This document shows positions 63,594-64,000 of a DNA stretch of 64,000 nt, one piece after another. The position numbers were made by a program, and so were the translations under genes. Each line of letters starts with the position of its first letter. The stretch's first letter is position 1. The notes below the pieces were generated by a model. It was not told where the DNA came from. It saw only the letters and a program-made list of their open reading frames with translations, and did not search any database. This stretch comes from a virus. Its lineage: Duplodnaviria > Caudoviricetes. The stretch lies in IMG/VR virus record IMGVR_UViG_3300025401_000012, one strand, 5' to 3'.

Positions 63594-64000
63594 TACGTGT
63601 ACTTGTCCATCTTTAATAAATCATTTAACTGATGTGTCCATACACCGGGATTAGTAGCGCCCCAAGTTCTGTCATCTAATTTAACTGTTGTATTGTAGTT
63701 GAATTGATTAATATAAGGCAATTTAACACTGATCATGCTTACAAATTTTGGGTTTTCATTATAACCTGATTCAAGAACTCCTTCAGCATGAGCAACATCA
63801 AAATCTAAGGTAACCCAGTAACCTGCTTCTAAACATCCGTTAATAACAATATCCCAAGGTTTATATTCTGACACGCTAATGCTTTTAGGGTTAAAACTTT
63901 GACTAGTGCCAAAATATATATGTTTAATACGTTTTGTTTCGTCAATCATTGCTTGGCTATCGTTTGCAATACGTAGAATATCTTCAAGCGGAGGAGTACC
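63560..64000 (-). CDS. Hypothetical protein, C-terminal part (starts beyond the right edge)
   Basis: The frame is open to position 64000 (GTPPLEDILRIANDSQAMIDE...); HIYFG..QSF, VKLPY...NYN..VKLDD....ATNPGVW. Confidence 0.75.
   Translation of the reverse strand, partial: GTPPLEDILRIANDSQAMIDETKRIKHIYFGTSQSFNPKSISVSEYKPWDIVINGCLEAGYWVTLDFDVAHAEGVLESGYNENPKFVSMISVKLPYINQFNYNTTVKLDDRTWGATNPGVWTHQLNDLLKMDKYTYWDQYTQDKEV

Noticed and set aside
1-64000. Stop-codon reassignment, as seen in some large phages
   Set aside because: Long genes are intact under code 11, and TAA, TAG and TGA all terminate recognisable proteins at the expected ends.

Overview
This 64 kb window comes from a large, AT-rich, T4-like (myovirus-type) dsDNA phage read in the standard bacterial genetic code. 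No tRNA, rRNA, CRISPR array or integrase was seen. Left end (1-6.3 kb): a gp26-like baseplate-hub/tail-assembly gene whose 3' end carries a slippery site plus a stem-loop or pseudoknot leading into an unannotated gp51-like -1 frame. This is followed by ~430 nt of highly structured non-coding sequence directly downstream of a minimal GIY-YIG nuclease, then a histone-like gene and gp46-gp47-gp55. Middle (6.3-43.5 kb, + strand, late TAAATA promoters): a complete contractile-tail baseplate module (gp48/54-like, gp53, gp27-like, gp5, gp25, gp6, a 5374-aa gp7-like giant), a gp10-type fibre, an intact S53 sedolisin protease and three paralogous tail fibres. 43.5-47.8 kb: a sigma70-driven cassette with four GT-A glycosyltransferases. 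Right end (47.8-64 kb, - strand): thyX, a MoxR AAA+/VWA pair, T4-type RNase H, and a 7-deazaguanine DNA-modification region (queE, folE, Gpt-like PRTase, cupin, GT-B glycosyltransferase, QueD-like DpdL-type protein, two 2OG-Fe(II) oxygenases). Best leads: the predicted -1 frameshift fusing gp26 to gp51, the GIY-YIG nuclease plus ornate RNA, the deazaguanine cluster with an embedded glycosyltransferase, and the tail-locus sedolisin. All family assignments come from motifs read by eye; no searches were run.
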